NCBI GenBank assembly: GCA_963594055.1 | Contig: CAVBDE010000001.1 | Coordinates: 10,729-74,728, forward strand | Length of the DNA: 64,000 nt | Source: Anaerovoracaceae bacterium | Lineage (GTDB): Bacteria > Bacteroidota > Bacteroidia > Bacteroidales > UBA932 | Direction of reading: 5' to 3' | In this document: positions 1-9,282 of the stretch, one piece after another | How positions within the stretch are numbered: the stretch's first letter is position 1 | How the letters are laid out: every line of letters begins with the position of its first letter | The notes under the pieces: model-generated | The model's input: only the letters and a program-made list of their open reading frames with translations | Told to the model about the DNA's origin: nothing | The model's database searches: none | Translations under genes and position numbers: made by a program

Positions 1-1
1 C

Positions 2-2392
2 GACGTGCTCAACGCTTCCGAGTATGCGATGATGATCAACGAAGGCCTTATGAATGCGGGCAGCTCTCCTATCTATGCCAATCCTTCCGCTTACGGCGAG
101 GGTACCGACTGGCAGGACGAGATCTTCAACTACAATGCCCCGCAGATCTCACACGACCTGAGCATCTCCGGTGCAAGTGACAAGGTAAACTATTATCTCT
201 CACTTTCTTACATCGACCAGGACGGTATCGTCGGCGGTAACTTCGGCCGTTCGAATTATGACCGTCTCTCCATCCGCAGCAACAACATCTACCACGTTCT
301 GGACAAGAGCGCAGAGAGGGCTTTCCTCAACAAGCTCGACCTCACCGGCAACGTGGCTTATGCCAAGATCAACTCCACCGGCATCGAGACCAACTCCACC
401 TGGGGTTCGCCTCTCGGATCGGCCATTGCGCTTTCTCCTATCCTCAACGTTTACTGTACGGACGAGGAGGCAGCCGCACAGATAGCCACCTACGGTGAGA
501 ACCTTATGCTTTACGGCCAGAACGGCAAGATGTTCACCATCCCCGGCGGTTCATACAACGAGATGGTCAACCCTGTCGCTTCGCTTTCCCTTCCGGGAAG
601 CAAGGGCTGGAGCCACAAGTTCGTAAGCAATTTCGGAGCTGAACTCCAGATCATCGAGAACCTGAAATTCAAGACATCCTTTGGCACTGACCTCTCTTTC
701 TGGGGTTCGGACAGCTATACCATCGAGTATTACCTCACCTCTTCACAGAAGGCTACGGAGTCATCCGCCACTTCTCAGCAGAACTGGGGTCTCGTATGGC
801 AGGTCGAGAACACCCTCAGCTACCAGAAGTCCTTCGGAGAGCATTCCATCTCCGTCCTCCTGGGCCAGTCAGCCAAGGCTTCAAGCGGCGCTTATGTGGG
901 CGCTTCTTCGAAATATCTCAAGAATGTACTCAAACCTTATGTTGACAACACCGACGGCCTTCAGGCAGACGGTGACAGGAACGGTTGGGCAGCCCCTAAC
1001 GTTCAGTCCAGACTCGCCTCTTACTTCGGCCGTCTGAGTTACAACTACGCCGAACGCTATATGGTGGAGGCCACTCTCCGCCGTGACGGCTCTTCACGCT
1101 TCGGCTCCAACAACCACTGGGCGCTGTTCCCGTCAGTGTCGTTGGGATGGAACCTCCACAAGGAAGGCTTTATGGAAGGCGTGATTCCTGAACTCAGCAA
1201 TGCCAAGGTCAGGGCATCGTGGGGTAAGAACGGTAACGAAAACATCGGAAACTTCGCTTACACCGTTCTCACGGAAGGGAACAATAATGTTATTATCGGA
1301 AAGGGAGAAAGCGAGATCATCGGTGTCAAGGCCGGTGGTCTTGCCAATCCTGACCTCAAATGGGAGACTTCCATCCAGACCGACCTCGGCGTAGATCTCG
1401 GATTCTTCAAGAATTCGCTCACCCTCACTCTGGACTACTACAACAAGGTCACCGACGGTATGCTTATGACCCAGGCCATCCCATCCTATGTGGGAGAGAA
1501 CAAGCCTATGGGCAACGTGGGCATAATGTCCAACAGAGGTTTCGAGATCGAGCTCGGCTACAAGAAAGCCATCGGCGACTTCAACTTCGCCGTCAGGGCC
1601 AATGCCAGCTACCTCAAGAACGAACTCATCGAATACGGCAACGACACGGGATATGCGAACTATGACTCCTTCCAGGGCACCGGTACCATCTCCCGCGCTG
1701 AAAACGGATATCCGTTCCCGTTCTTCTACGGTCTCAAGACCGACGGCGTCTTCCAGACCGCCGAGGAAGTGGCTGCCTACACCCACACCGCCGAGGACGG
1801 AACAGTGTCAATGATCCAGCCTAAGGCCAAGCCGGGCGACGTCAAGTTCGTCGACCTGGACGGAGACGGCAAGATCACCGACGCCGACCGTACCTACATC
1901 GGCAAGGGAACGCCTGACTTCACCTACGGACTTACCCTCCAGGCAGGCTACAAGGGATTCGACTTCTCTATGCTCATCCAGGGCACCCAGGGCAACCAGG
2001 TGTTCGACTGTACCAGACGTACCGACATCAAGAGCGTCAACCTCCCTGCCTATATGCTCAACCGCTGGACGGGTGCGGGCACTTCCAACAGGTATCCTCG
2101 CTTCGTGATCGGCGACAGCACCAACTGGGTATCTTCAGACCTTTATGTCTATGACGCGTCTTACTGCCGCATCAAGAACATCCAGCTCGGATATACCCTT
2201 CCTGAAAAGCTCACGAAGAAGGTGCTTATCTCGAACCTGCGAGTCTATGTGGCTGCAGAGAACCTGCTCACCCTTACCGGGTATCACGGCTTCGATCCTG
2301 AAATCTCTTCAGGCGGAACTTCGCTCGGCATCGACTACGGCGTATATCCACAGGCCAGAACCTTTACTGTCGGTGTAAATGTCAAATTCTAA
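2..2392 (+). CDS. susC: SusC-like TonB-dependent outer-membrane transporter, C-terminal ~796 aa (N-terminus lies upstream of window)
   Basis: The frame is open to the window edge; the track start at 5 is only an in-frame GTG. Sequence has G/Y/N/F-rich beta-barrel character and ends ...TFTVGVNVKF with a terminal Phe. A SusD-like lipoprotein gene follows 19 nt downstream. Confidence 0.9.
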   Translation, partial: DVLNASEYAMMINEGLMNAGSSPIYANPSAYGEGTDWQDEIFNYNAPQISHDLSISGASDKVNYYLSLSYIDQDGIVGGNFGRSNYDRLSIRSNNIYHVLDKSAERAFLNKLDLTGNVAYAKINSTGIETNSTWGSPLGSAIALSPILNVYCTDEEAAAQIATYGENLMLYGQNGKMFTIPGGSYNEMVNPVASLSLPGSKGWSHKFVSNFGAELQIIENLKFKTSFGTDLSFWGSDSYTIEYYLTSSQKATESSATSQQNWGLVWQVENTLSYQKSFGEHSISVLLGQSAKASSGAYVGASSKYLKNVLKPYVDNTDGLQADGDRNGWAAPNVQSRLASYFGRLSYNYAERYMVEATLRRDGSSRFGSNNHWALFPSVSLGWNLHKEGFMEGVIPELSNAKVRASWGKNGNENIGNFAYTVLTEGNNNVIIGKGESEIIGVKAGGLANPDLKWETSIQTDLGVDLGFFKNSLTLTLDYYNKVTDGMLMTQAIPSYVGENKPMGNVGIMSNRGFEIELGYKKAIGDFNFAVRANASYLKNELIEYGNDTGYANYDSFQGTGTISRAENGYPFPFFYGLKTDGVFQTAEEVAAYTHTAEDGTVSMIQPKAKPGDVKFVDLDGDGKITDADRTYIGKGTPDFTYGLTLQAGYKGFDFSMLIQGTQGNQVFDCTRRTDIKSVNLPAYMLNRWTGAGTSNRYPRFVIGDSTNWVSSDLYVYDASYCRIKNIQLGYTLPEKLTKKVLISNLRVYVAAENLLTLTGYHGFDPEISSGGTSLGIDYGVYPQARTFTVGVNVKF

Positions 2393-2411
2393 TTTTGGGG
2401 GAGATAGAATT

Positions 2412-3935
2412 ATGAAAAAGAATATGAAAAAATACTTTTTGATCGCCTTCGCTACGGTTCTGTTCTCTTCCTGCGGAGATGAATTCCTTACCGTGGAGAA
2501 TCCTACACAGGATCCTATCGAGGATTACTATACCACTCTTCCTCATCTTCAGGAGGCTATGGTGTCGGCTTACTGCCCTATGCACTGGACCGACTGGTCT
2601 ATGAGCCAGTACAACCCTCTCCTTATAATGAGCGACATTATGGCCGACCAGATCTGGGTGGGCGGTGCAGACGCCACGGACAACAAATACTGGCACGAGA
2701 TGATGAACTACAGCGCCGACCCTAAGAACTGTATGACATCCATCTGGACCGACGCCTATTCGGGAGTCAAGAGGTGCAACGACGTGTTTACCTATCTCGA
2801 GTGGACCAAGGCCGCAGGCAACATCGACGACGAGGCTGCCAGGTCATATCAGGCGCAGACCTATCTTCTCAGGGCATATTACTACACCTGGCTCTGGAAG
2901 TTCTGGGGCAATGTAGTCTACTATGACAAGAACCTCGAAAGCCCGTTCATCGGCACACAGTACACTGCTGACGAGGTTTATTCCTTCATTATCAGCGATC
3001 TCGACAAATGTATCGCCCTCATCGACGCCCTTCCTATGAAGCGCGCAGACGACGAAGTGGGCTACGTATCGCAGGCGGTGGTCTATATGCTCTATGCTGA
3101 AGTGGTTCTCTATCAGAAGGATACCGCTAAGTATGCCAATGCTCTCTCGTACCTCAGGCAGATAATTTCTTCAGGAGAATACGACCTGTATGACTACTCG
3201 AAGCTCTTCACCCTCGAAGGCGAGTGGTGCTGCGAGTCCATCTGGGAAGTGGGTTACAAGACTGACGGACAGGTCCGTTCATACGACAACGTGCTGGCTG
3301 CCGGCGGTACCATCCTTCCTCGACTCATCGGAGCATACAACCTCAAGACCAATACCGAAGGCCACGCCGCAGGATGGGGATTCTGCCCTGTACGCAAGGA
3401 GACTTACGATTCCTTCAGCGCCACGGATGTGCGCCGCAAGGCCACCTGCTTCGACGCCAGCGGATATGACTACGAGAAGCGTTATCAGGATACCGGATAC
3501 TTCCTGGAGAAATACCAGGGTTCTACCGCGGACGAGTCAGCAGGCGACGGCGCTCCGGATATGCGTTTCGGCAACAATCTCCGTCTTTACCGCTATTCCG
3601 AGACCCTTCTCTATGCGGCTGAACTCGCACTCGCCACAGGCAGCGACGCAGCCGAGGCTAAGGGCTGGCTCAACAAGGTTCACAACCGTGCCGGTCTTAC
3701 CGACGAACTGGAACTTACCCTGGCGAACATCCAGAAGGAGCGCGCTCTTGAGTTCGTGGGCGAAGGCAAGCGTTACTGGGACCTCATCAGATGGGATCTC
3801 GCCCAGACCGTTCTCGTACCTGACACTTACGGATACAGAACCAACGCGTGGGACGCCACCAGAAAATATCTCCCTATCCCGTCAACCGAGATCGATGCGG
3901 CTCAGGGTACTCTGAAACAGAACGAAAACTATTAA
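2412..3935 (+). CDS. susD: SusD/RagB-family surface lipoprotein
   Basis: ATG 2412 gives MKKNMKKYFLIAFATVLFSSCGDEF (signal peptide plus lipobox Cys). About 507 aa with helical SusD-like composition, directly after susC. The track start at 2379 overlaps susC and is unlikely. Confidence 0.9.
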   Translation: MKKNMKKYFLIAFATVLFSSCGDEFLTVENPTQDPIEDYYTTLPHLQEAMVSAYCPMHWTDWSMSQYNPLLIMSDIMADQIWVGGADATDNKYWHEMMNYSADPKNCMTSIWTDAYSGVKRCNDVFTYLEWTKAAGNIDDEAARSYQAQTYLLRAYYYTWLWKFWGNVVYYDKNLESPFIGTQYTADEVYSFIISDLDKCIALIDALPMKRADDEVGYVSQAVVYMLYAEVVLYQKDTAKYANALSYLRQIISSGEYDLYDYSKLFTLEGEWCCESIWEVGYKTDGQVRSYDNVLAAGGTILPRLIGAYNLKTNTEGHAAGWGFCPVRKETYDSFSATDVRRKATCFDASGYDYEKRYQDTGYFLEKYQGSTADESAGDGAPDMRFGNNLRLYRYSETLLYAAELALATGSDAAEAKGWLNKVHNRAGLTDELELTLANIQKERALEFVGEGKRYWDLIRWDLAQTVLVPDTYGYRTNAWDATRKYLPIPSTEIDAAQGTLKQNENY

Positions 3936-3957
3936 TAATTAATAACAACACAGTTTT

Positions 3958-5418
3958 ATGAAAAAATCTTTACTTCTTTTAGGCATCGCCCTCGTGGCTT
4001 TGTCTTCCTGCGGACAGAAAGAGGACCCTTCTACACCGGGTTCAGACCTTCCTTCAGCAGCCAATATCGACTTCACGGTCACAGTTGACCAGTCAACCAA
4101 CGAGGCTACATTCACCCTCCCTTCATCAGTAACGGGACTTATGCCTATCTGGCATACGAACGAGACCGGAGAATTCGTATTCGCCGGAACGGGTGACAAC
4201 TTCAAGAAAGTCTTCTATCAGAAGGGAACTTACAAGGTTCGTCTTTTCGTCAGCAACAGCAAGGGCCAGTCTCTCGACTATTCGGAGAAGGACGTGGTCA
4301 TCGAGAACGACAAGTCCGGTTCATCTCTTACCGGCGGATTCGTTTATGACAGCGATTTCAACCTCTGGAAGAAAGTTGATACCGAGGGCAACCACACGTA
4401 TTCACAGTACACCGCACACACAGATTCCTGGGAAGTTCTCGACAACCCACAGGTCATCCAGGTAGGCAACACCTATTCAATGACTTACGAGACAGGAACC
4501 ACTCAGCAGTGGCAGGCTCAGTTCTTCATTATCCCTACAGAGGCCAATGCGATCACCCTTACTGCAGGCACCACCTATGACTTCTCCTGTGTCATCAAGT
4601 CTTCTACCGACCTTCCGGGCGTAACCTTCAAGCTTACCCAGGGGGACAGCGACAACGATTTCCTCTTCACCTCCGAGAGAATCGCGGTCAAGGCAGGCGA
4701 GCCTTACGTATTCTGGTGGGCTAACCAGACTGTCGAGAAGGACATCACCAATGTGAAGATGGTGTTCGACTTCGGCGGATGCCCTGACAACTCCGAGATC
4801 ACCGTCGGCAATATCGTCCTCAAGGACCACGCCAATGACGACGGCACCAAGGACGTTCCTGAGCGCGATGAACCGGAACCTGATCCGGACCCGGAACCGG
4901 AAGATCCGAATGCAGGTTGGGTAGATGAGTATGACGAGAATTTCACATTCGATCTCAACACTCCTGCAAACCTTTGGGCACCTTCAAAGATTGAGGTATT
5001 CAGGGCATATTACAGTGATGCAAGCTGGGCAGAACGTGAATTTGTGTATGACATTAAAGATGGGGTATATACACTTAACTTCCCTCTTGGAGCTTCAGCC
5101 CGTTGGCAGGCTCAGTTCCTGCTCTCGTCTGATCTCGCCATCAAGGCAGACAAGAAGTATGCGATTACATTCACCGTTGAATCCAACACTGATCATCCGG
5201 GATTCTACGCCAAACTTACCGGTCCAGATGATAATAACAATTTGATTTGGGAGACAAAACCGGATCTTAAGGCCAAGGCAGGCGAAGCGCGTGTGTTCCA
5301 CGCTACCGGAATTCAGGGTGTCGCTTATGAGAATTGCAAGCTTGTCTTCGACTTCGGCGGCGCAGCTGAGAATACCGTCATTAAAATTAAGGACATCAGC
5401 ATCCAGTATTACGAATAG
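3958..5418 (+). CDS. surface glycan-binding lipoprotein candidate (PKD-like domain plus two tandem CBM-like beta-sandwich modules)
   Basis: Lipobox LSSCGQ. PKD-like stretch KGTYKVRLFVSNSKGQS. Two homologous modules share WQAQF...(K)AGE...VFDFGG motifs and are joined by an EPEPDPDPEPEDP linker. It occupies the SGBP position after susD. Confidence 0.75.
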   Translation: MKKSLLLLGIALVALSSCGQKEDPSTPGSDLPSAANIDFTVTVDQSTNEATFTLPSSVTGLMPIWHTNETGEFVFAGTGDNFKKVFYQKGTYKVRLFVSNSKGQSLDYSEKDVVIENDKSGSSLTGGFVYDSDFNLWKKVDTEGNHTYSQYTAHTDSWEVLDNPQVIQVGNTYSMTYETGTTQQWQAQFFIIPTEANAITLTAGTTYDFSCVIKSSTDLPGVTFKLTQGDSDNDFLFTSERIAVKAGEPYVFWWANQTVEKDITNVKMVFDFGGCPDNSEITVGNIVLKDHANDDGTKDVPERDEPEPDPDPEPEDPNAGWVDEYDENFTFDLNTPANLWAPSKIEVFRAYYSDASWAEREFVYDIKDGVYTLNFPLGASARWQAQFLLSSDLAIKADKKYAITFTVESNTDHPGFYAKLTGPDDNNNLIWETKPDLKAKAGEARVFHATGIQGVAYENCKLVFDFGGAAENTVIKIKDISIQYYE

Positions 5419-5433
5419 TTTTGTTTAATTTTG

Positions 5434-5475
5434 CAGGTGGACCTGGTAAGGGATTGTCAGGTCCACCTGTTTTAT
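5434..5475 (+). terminator. intrinsic-terminator-like hairpin between the SGBP gene and GH16
   Basis: Perfect 12-bp stem CAGGTGGACCTG / CAGGTCCACCTG (5434-5445 and 5458-5469) with a 12-nt loop, followed by TTTTAT. It ends 5 nt before the GH16 ATG. Confidence 0.7.
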
Positions 5476-5479
5476 AACT

Positions 5480-6574
5480 ATGACATTGATCATAACAGCT
5501 TTAATAGTACTGGCGCTGACCTTCTCCTGCAATGCGGAGCAGAATGCCGTCGTCTCTGAGGAAAGCATAGCCTTCGAGCCGGCAGCCCTGACCTTCCCTG
5601 CGGACGGAGGTACGCAGACTGTGCATATTATGGCTTCCGACCAGTTCGCCATATACAGCGATGCCGAGTGGGTGGCCAATATCGAACCTCCTTATGTGTT
5701 CGGCACTGACGGGACCGTGTCTGTCAGGGTCGCCAGGAATTCCGAATTCAGTTCCAGGACTGCGAACATCGCCGTAAAATGCGCCAACACCTACGCGTAT
5801 ATCCCTGTCACTCAGGAAGGACGCGAGAAGGCGGCCGATGATCCGGACATCGCCGCTCCCGACGGATATACCCTCGTATGGCACGACGAGTTCGACTACG
5901 AAGGTCTCCCGAACGCTTCCGACTGGAAATACCAGACCGGAGACGGCGGCTGGGGGAACAACGAACTTCAGGATTATGTGGCAGGTTCCTACAACGGCGT
6001 GAACATAGCCGACGTGCGTGACGGCGTGCTCAAGATCTACGCGAAGAAGATAGACGGCAAGGTCCGTTCCTGCCGCCTGAACACCCGCAAGGGCTGGACT
6101 TACGGCTGGATAGAGGCCCGTCTGAGACTTCCGAAGGGAAAGGGTACCTGGCCGGCATTCTGGATGATGCCGTCGAACTATACCGCCTGGCCTAAGGACG
6201 GGGAGCTCGACATTATGGAGGAGGTCGGATACAATGCCAACTACTGCAGCGCGACCATCCACTGTAACAAGTACAATAACGGCGGCACCTCCATCGAGCA
6301 TGCCGAGCGTTATATCGGCACGGCGCAGACCGAATTCCACACCTATGCCATGGAGTGGAGCGCGGATGCCATCACATTCTACCAGGACAACAAGGCAATT
6401 CTTACATACAAGAACAGCAAGAAGGGAAATTACGATTACTGGCCTTTCGACAATCCGTTCTACGTGATTCTGAACCTCGCGTGGGGAGGAAACTGGGGCG
6501 GTGCCCAGGGCGTGGACGAATCGTGCCTCCCTTGTGCCCTGGAAGTAGATTATGTGCGCGTATTCCAGAAATAA
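5480..6574 (+). CDS. GH16 endo-beta-glucanase (laminarinase/lichenase type) lipoprotein with N-terminal BACON-like domain
   Basis: Lipobox LTFSCN. BACON-like [17 protein letters not shown]...IPVTQEG. GH16 catalytic motif GELDIMEE and WPAFWMMP. Confidence 0.9.
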   Translation: MTLIITALIVLALTFSCNAEQNAVVSEESIAFEPAALTFPADGGTQTVHIMASDQFAIYSDAEWVANIEPPYVFGTDGTVSVRVARNSEFSSRTANIAVKCANTYAYIPVTQEGREKAADDPDIAAPDGYTLVWHDEFDYEGLPNASDWKYQTGDGGWGNNELQDYVAGSYNGVNIADVRDGVLKIYAKKIDGKVRSCRLNTRKGWTYGWIEARLRLPKGKGTWPAFWMMPSNYTAWPKDGELDIMEEVGYNANYCSATIHCNKYNNGGTSIEHAERYIGTAQTEFHTYAMEWSADAITFYQDNKAILTYKNSKKGNYDYWPFDNPFYVILNLAWGGNWGGAQGVDESCLPCALEVDYVRVFQK

Positions 6575-9281
6575 CATCTCTGTACGCGGGGCCAATGTCC
6601 ACAATCTCAAGAATGTGGATGTGGACATACCCCGCGGAAAATTCACCGTGATAACCGGCCTTAGCGGCTCCGGGAAATCCTCGCTCGCCTTTGACACCAT
6701 CTATGCCGAGGGACAGAGGCGTTACCTCAACACCCTCTCCCCCTATGCCAAGCAGTTCATAGGAGTGCTGGAAAAACCGGCGGTGGAAAGCATAGAGGGC
6801 CTGAGCCCCATCATCGCCATAGAGCAGAAGTCAACCGGGGTCAATCCCCGCTCGACCGTGGGGACCATAACCGAGATTTCGGATTTCCTCAGGCTCCTGT
6901 ATGCCAAGGCCTCCACGGCCTACTCTCCGGTAAGCGGAGAGGAGATGGTCCGTTATACGGATTCGCAGATAGTGGATCTGATAATGGAAAAGTTCAGCGG
7001 AAGAAAATGCATCCTTCTCGCCCCTCTGGTAAGAGGCCGCAAGGGACATTACCGCGAACTCTTTGAAAGTTTGAGACGCAAGGGTTATGTCCAGGTAAGG
7101 GTGGATTCAGAGATTCTGGATCTGGCCGATCTGGATTCGGTAGACAGATACAGGGCGCATTTCATAGAACTGGTCGTGGACAAGATGAAGCCTGCTGAAG
7201 GCGATCTGTCCAGAGTCCGCAATTCCGTGCATGCCGCTCTGGAGATGGGCAAGGGTAACGTGTCAGTATGGGATGCCGACACGCAGACCATACACCATTA
7301 CTCGAAGCACCTTATAGATCCGGTGAGCGGAACTTCCCTCCAGGAACCCGCCCCGCACAGTTTCTCGTTCAATTCCCCGGAAGGGTATTGTCCTCACTGC
7401 AAGGGTCTTGGCGTAATTCAGGACGTGGAGATGGACAAGATCATCCCCGACAGGGAGGTGAGCATCGCCGACGGCGGCATAGTCCCGCTGGGAAAGATAC
7501 GCCCGAACAGGAAATTCGATCTGCTGCATTCCGTCGCCAGGAAATACGGCTTTTCGCTGTACGATCCCATATCCGCGCTGTCGGACGAGGTAGTCTCCCT
7601 GCTGGTGTACGGGTCGGAGGAATATTTCCGCGTGGGCGAAGGCGCCTTTTCGGAGATGGCCACCTGGCCCGGCGTGGTGGAGGACATAGAGGACAAGATC
7701 GTTTGTCCGGTGTGCGGCGGCAGCCGCCTGAAGCCCGAGACCAACTGTTTCAGGATAGACGGCAAGACCATTTCCCAGGTGAGCGCGATGGAGATCACCG
7801 AGCTGAAAGCCTGGCTGGACACGCTTCCTTCGAAGCTGTCCGGAAAGGCTGCGGCCGTGGCCCGCGACATTCTGAAGGAACTGTCCGAAAGGGTGGAGTT
7901 CCTTATGGATGTGGGGCTTGAATATCTGACTCTCGACCGGGCGACGGCCTCCCTTTCCGGAGGCGAAAGCCAGAGAATCAGATTGGCCACACAGATAGGC
8001 TCGAAGCTCGTGAACGTGATATATATTCTGGACGAGCCTTCCATCGGCCTGCATCCGAAGGACAACCGCAAGCTCATCGCTTCGCTCAAAAAACTTCGTG
8101 ACGAAGGGAATACGGTGATAGTGGTGGAGCACGATGAGGAGACGATGGAGAGCGCGGACTGGATAGTGGACGTGGGACCGGGAGCCGGGCAGAACGGAGG
8201 ACATATCTGTTACAGCGGTCCGGCCAGAGAGGTGCACAGCAGCGTGGTGGTTCCTTCTTCCAGGCGTGCGGGGTCAGGCCTGAGCCTGGTGCTTCGCGGT
8301 GCATCCGGGAACAACCTCAAGCATCTGGACGTGGAGTTCCCGCTGGGCAGGTTCATAGGGATAAGCGGCGTGTCGGGGTCCGGCAAATCCACCCTTATCA
8401 ACGAGACGCTTATGCCTATTCTGAAGGGGAAATTCTACCATCTGAAGCAGAAGCCTCTTCCGTATGAGGGGATAGAAGGGATAGAGAATATAGACAAGGT
8501 CATTGAAATAGATCAGAGTCCGATCGGCAAGAGTCCGCGCTCGAACCCTGCGACGTTCACTTCGGTGTGGACGGACATCAGGGCGCTTTTCGAGCAGACT
8601 CCGGACGCGAAGGTGCGTGGCTTCAAGGCGGGCAGGTTCTCCTTCAACGTGGAGGGCGGCCGCTGCGAGGAATGCAAGGGCTCCGGCATCAGGCAGATAG
8701 AGATGAATTTTCTGCCGTCGGTGAACGTGGTATGCCCGGCCTGTGCGGGGAAACGTTATAAGGAGGACACCCTTAGCGTGCTGTACAAGGGCAAGAGCAT
8801 AAGCGATGTGCTGGAGATGCCGATCAGCGAGGCTTACGGGTTCTTCCGGACGAATCCGAAGATCGCTCCGAAACTGAAGGCGCTTGTGGACGTCGGCCTG
8901 GGATACGTGCATCTGGGACAGTCCAGTGTGACCCTTTCGGGAGGCGAGAGCCAGCGAATGAAATTGGCCAACGAACTTTCGAAGAAGGCGACCGGCAGGA
9001 CTCTGTATATGCTCGACGAGCCCACCACGGGCCTGCATTACGAAGATGTCAAGGTGTTGCTGGATGTACTGCAGAAGCTTGTGGATCAGGGCAATACGGT
9101 AATTGTGATAGAACATAACCTCGATGTGCTCAAGTCGGCGGACTACATCATAGATATGGGCCCTTACGGCGGCGCGAGAGGCGGACAGATAATGGCTGTG
9201 GGCACTCCGGAACAGATATCGGAGAACCCGCAGTCGGTAACGGGAAAATATTTGAAAGAAATATTAACAGACAAACACTGA
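6552..9281 (+). CDS. uvrA: UvrA-family excinuclease ABC subunit A (tandem ABC ATPase)
   Basis: N-terminus [51 protein letters not shown]. Second Walker [10 protein letters not shown]. Two LSGGESQR signatures. CxxC pairs CPHCKG/CPVCGG and CEECKG/CPACAG. Confidence 0.9.
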   Translation: MCAYSRNNISVRGANVHNLKNVDVDIPRGKFTVITGLSGSGKSSLAFDTIYAEGQRRYLNTLSPYAKQFIGVLEKPAVESIEGLSPIIAIEQKSTGVNPRSTVGTITEISDFLRLLYAKASTAYSPVSGEEMVRYTDSQIVDLIMEKFSGRKCILLAPLVRGRKGHYRELFESLRRKGYVQVRVDSEILDLADLDSVDRYRAHFIELVVDKMKPAEGDLSRVRNSVHAALEMGKGNVSVWDADTQTIHHYSKHLIDPVSGTSLQEPAPHSFSFNSPEGYCPHCKGLGVIQDVEMDKIIPDREVSIADGGIVPLGKIRPNRKFDLLHSVARKYGFSLYDPISALSDEVVSLLVYGSEEYFRVGEGAFSEMATWPGVVEDIEDKIVCPVCGGSRLKPETNCFRIDGKTISQVSAMEITELKAWLDTLPSKLSGKAAAVARDILKELSERVEFLMDVGLEYLTLDRATASLSGGESQRIRLATQIGSKLVNVIYILDEPSIGLHPKDNRKLIASLKKLRDEGNTVIVVEHDEETMESADWIVDVGPGAGQNGGHICYSGPAREVHSSVVVPSSRRAGSGLSLVLRGASGNNLKHLDVEFPLGRFIGISGVSGSGKSTLINETLMPILKGKFYHLKQKPLPYEGIEGIENIDKVIEIDQSPIGKSPRSNPATFTSVWTDIRALFEQTPDAKVRGFKAGRFSFNVEGGRCEECKGSGIRQIEMNFLPSVNVVCPACAGKRYKEDTLSVLYKGKSISDVLEMPISEAYGFFRTNPKIAPKLKALVDVGLGYVHLGQSSVTLSGGESQRMKLANELSKKATGRTLYMLDEPTTGLHYEDVKVLLDVLQKLVDQGNTVIVIEHNLDVLKSADYIIDMGPYGGARGGQIMAVGTPEQISENPQSVTGKYLKEILTDKH

Positions 9282-9282
9282 A

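Noticed and set aside
2379-2411. Upstream ORF-track starts for several genes. Examples: susD 2379, acyl-CoA ligase 13516, rnfD 31806, rnfG 32777, apt 51618, SIMPL 19319 and MBL 12340.
   Set aside because: These extensions overlap the preceding gene or the promoter spacer and add non-homologous residues. Internal ATGs give canonical N-termini (signal peptides or family-typical starts) with tight operon spacing.
6921-7331. The four Cys of the first UvrA zinc module are replaced: YSPVSG at 6921-6938 and IDPVSG at 7314-7331, instead of CPxCG-type motifs.
   Set aside because: Conservation of this module among bona fide UvrA proteins is variable as far as I recall, and the other two CxxC modules and both ATPase sites are intact. 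Without an alignment this is not diagnostic of a non-canonical paralog.
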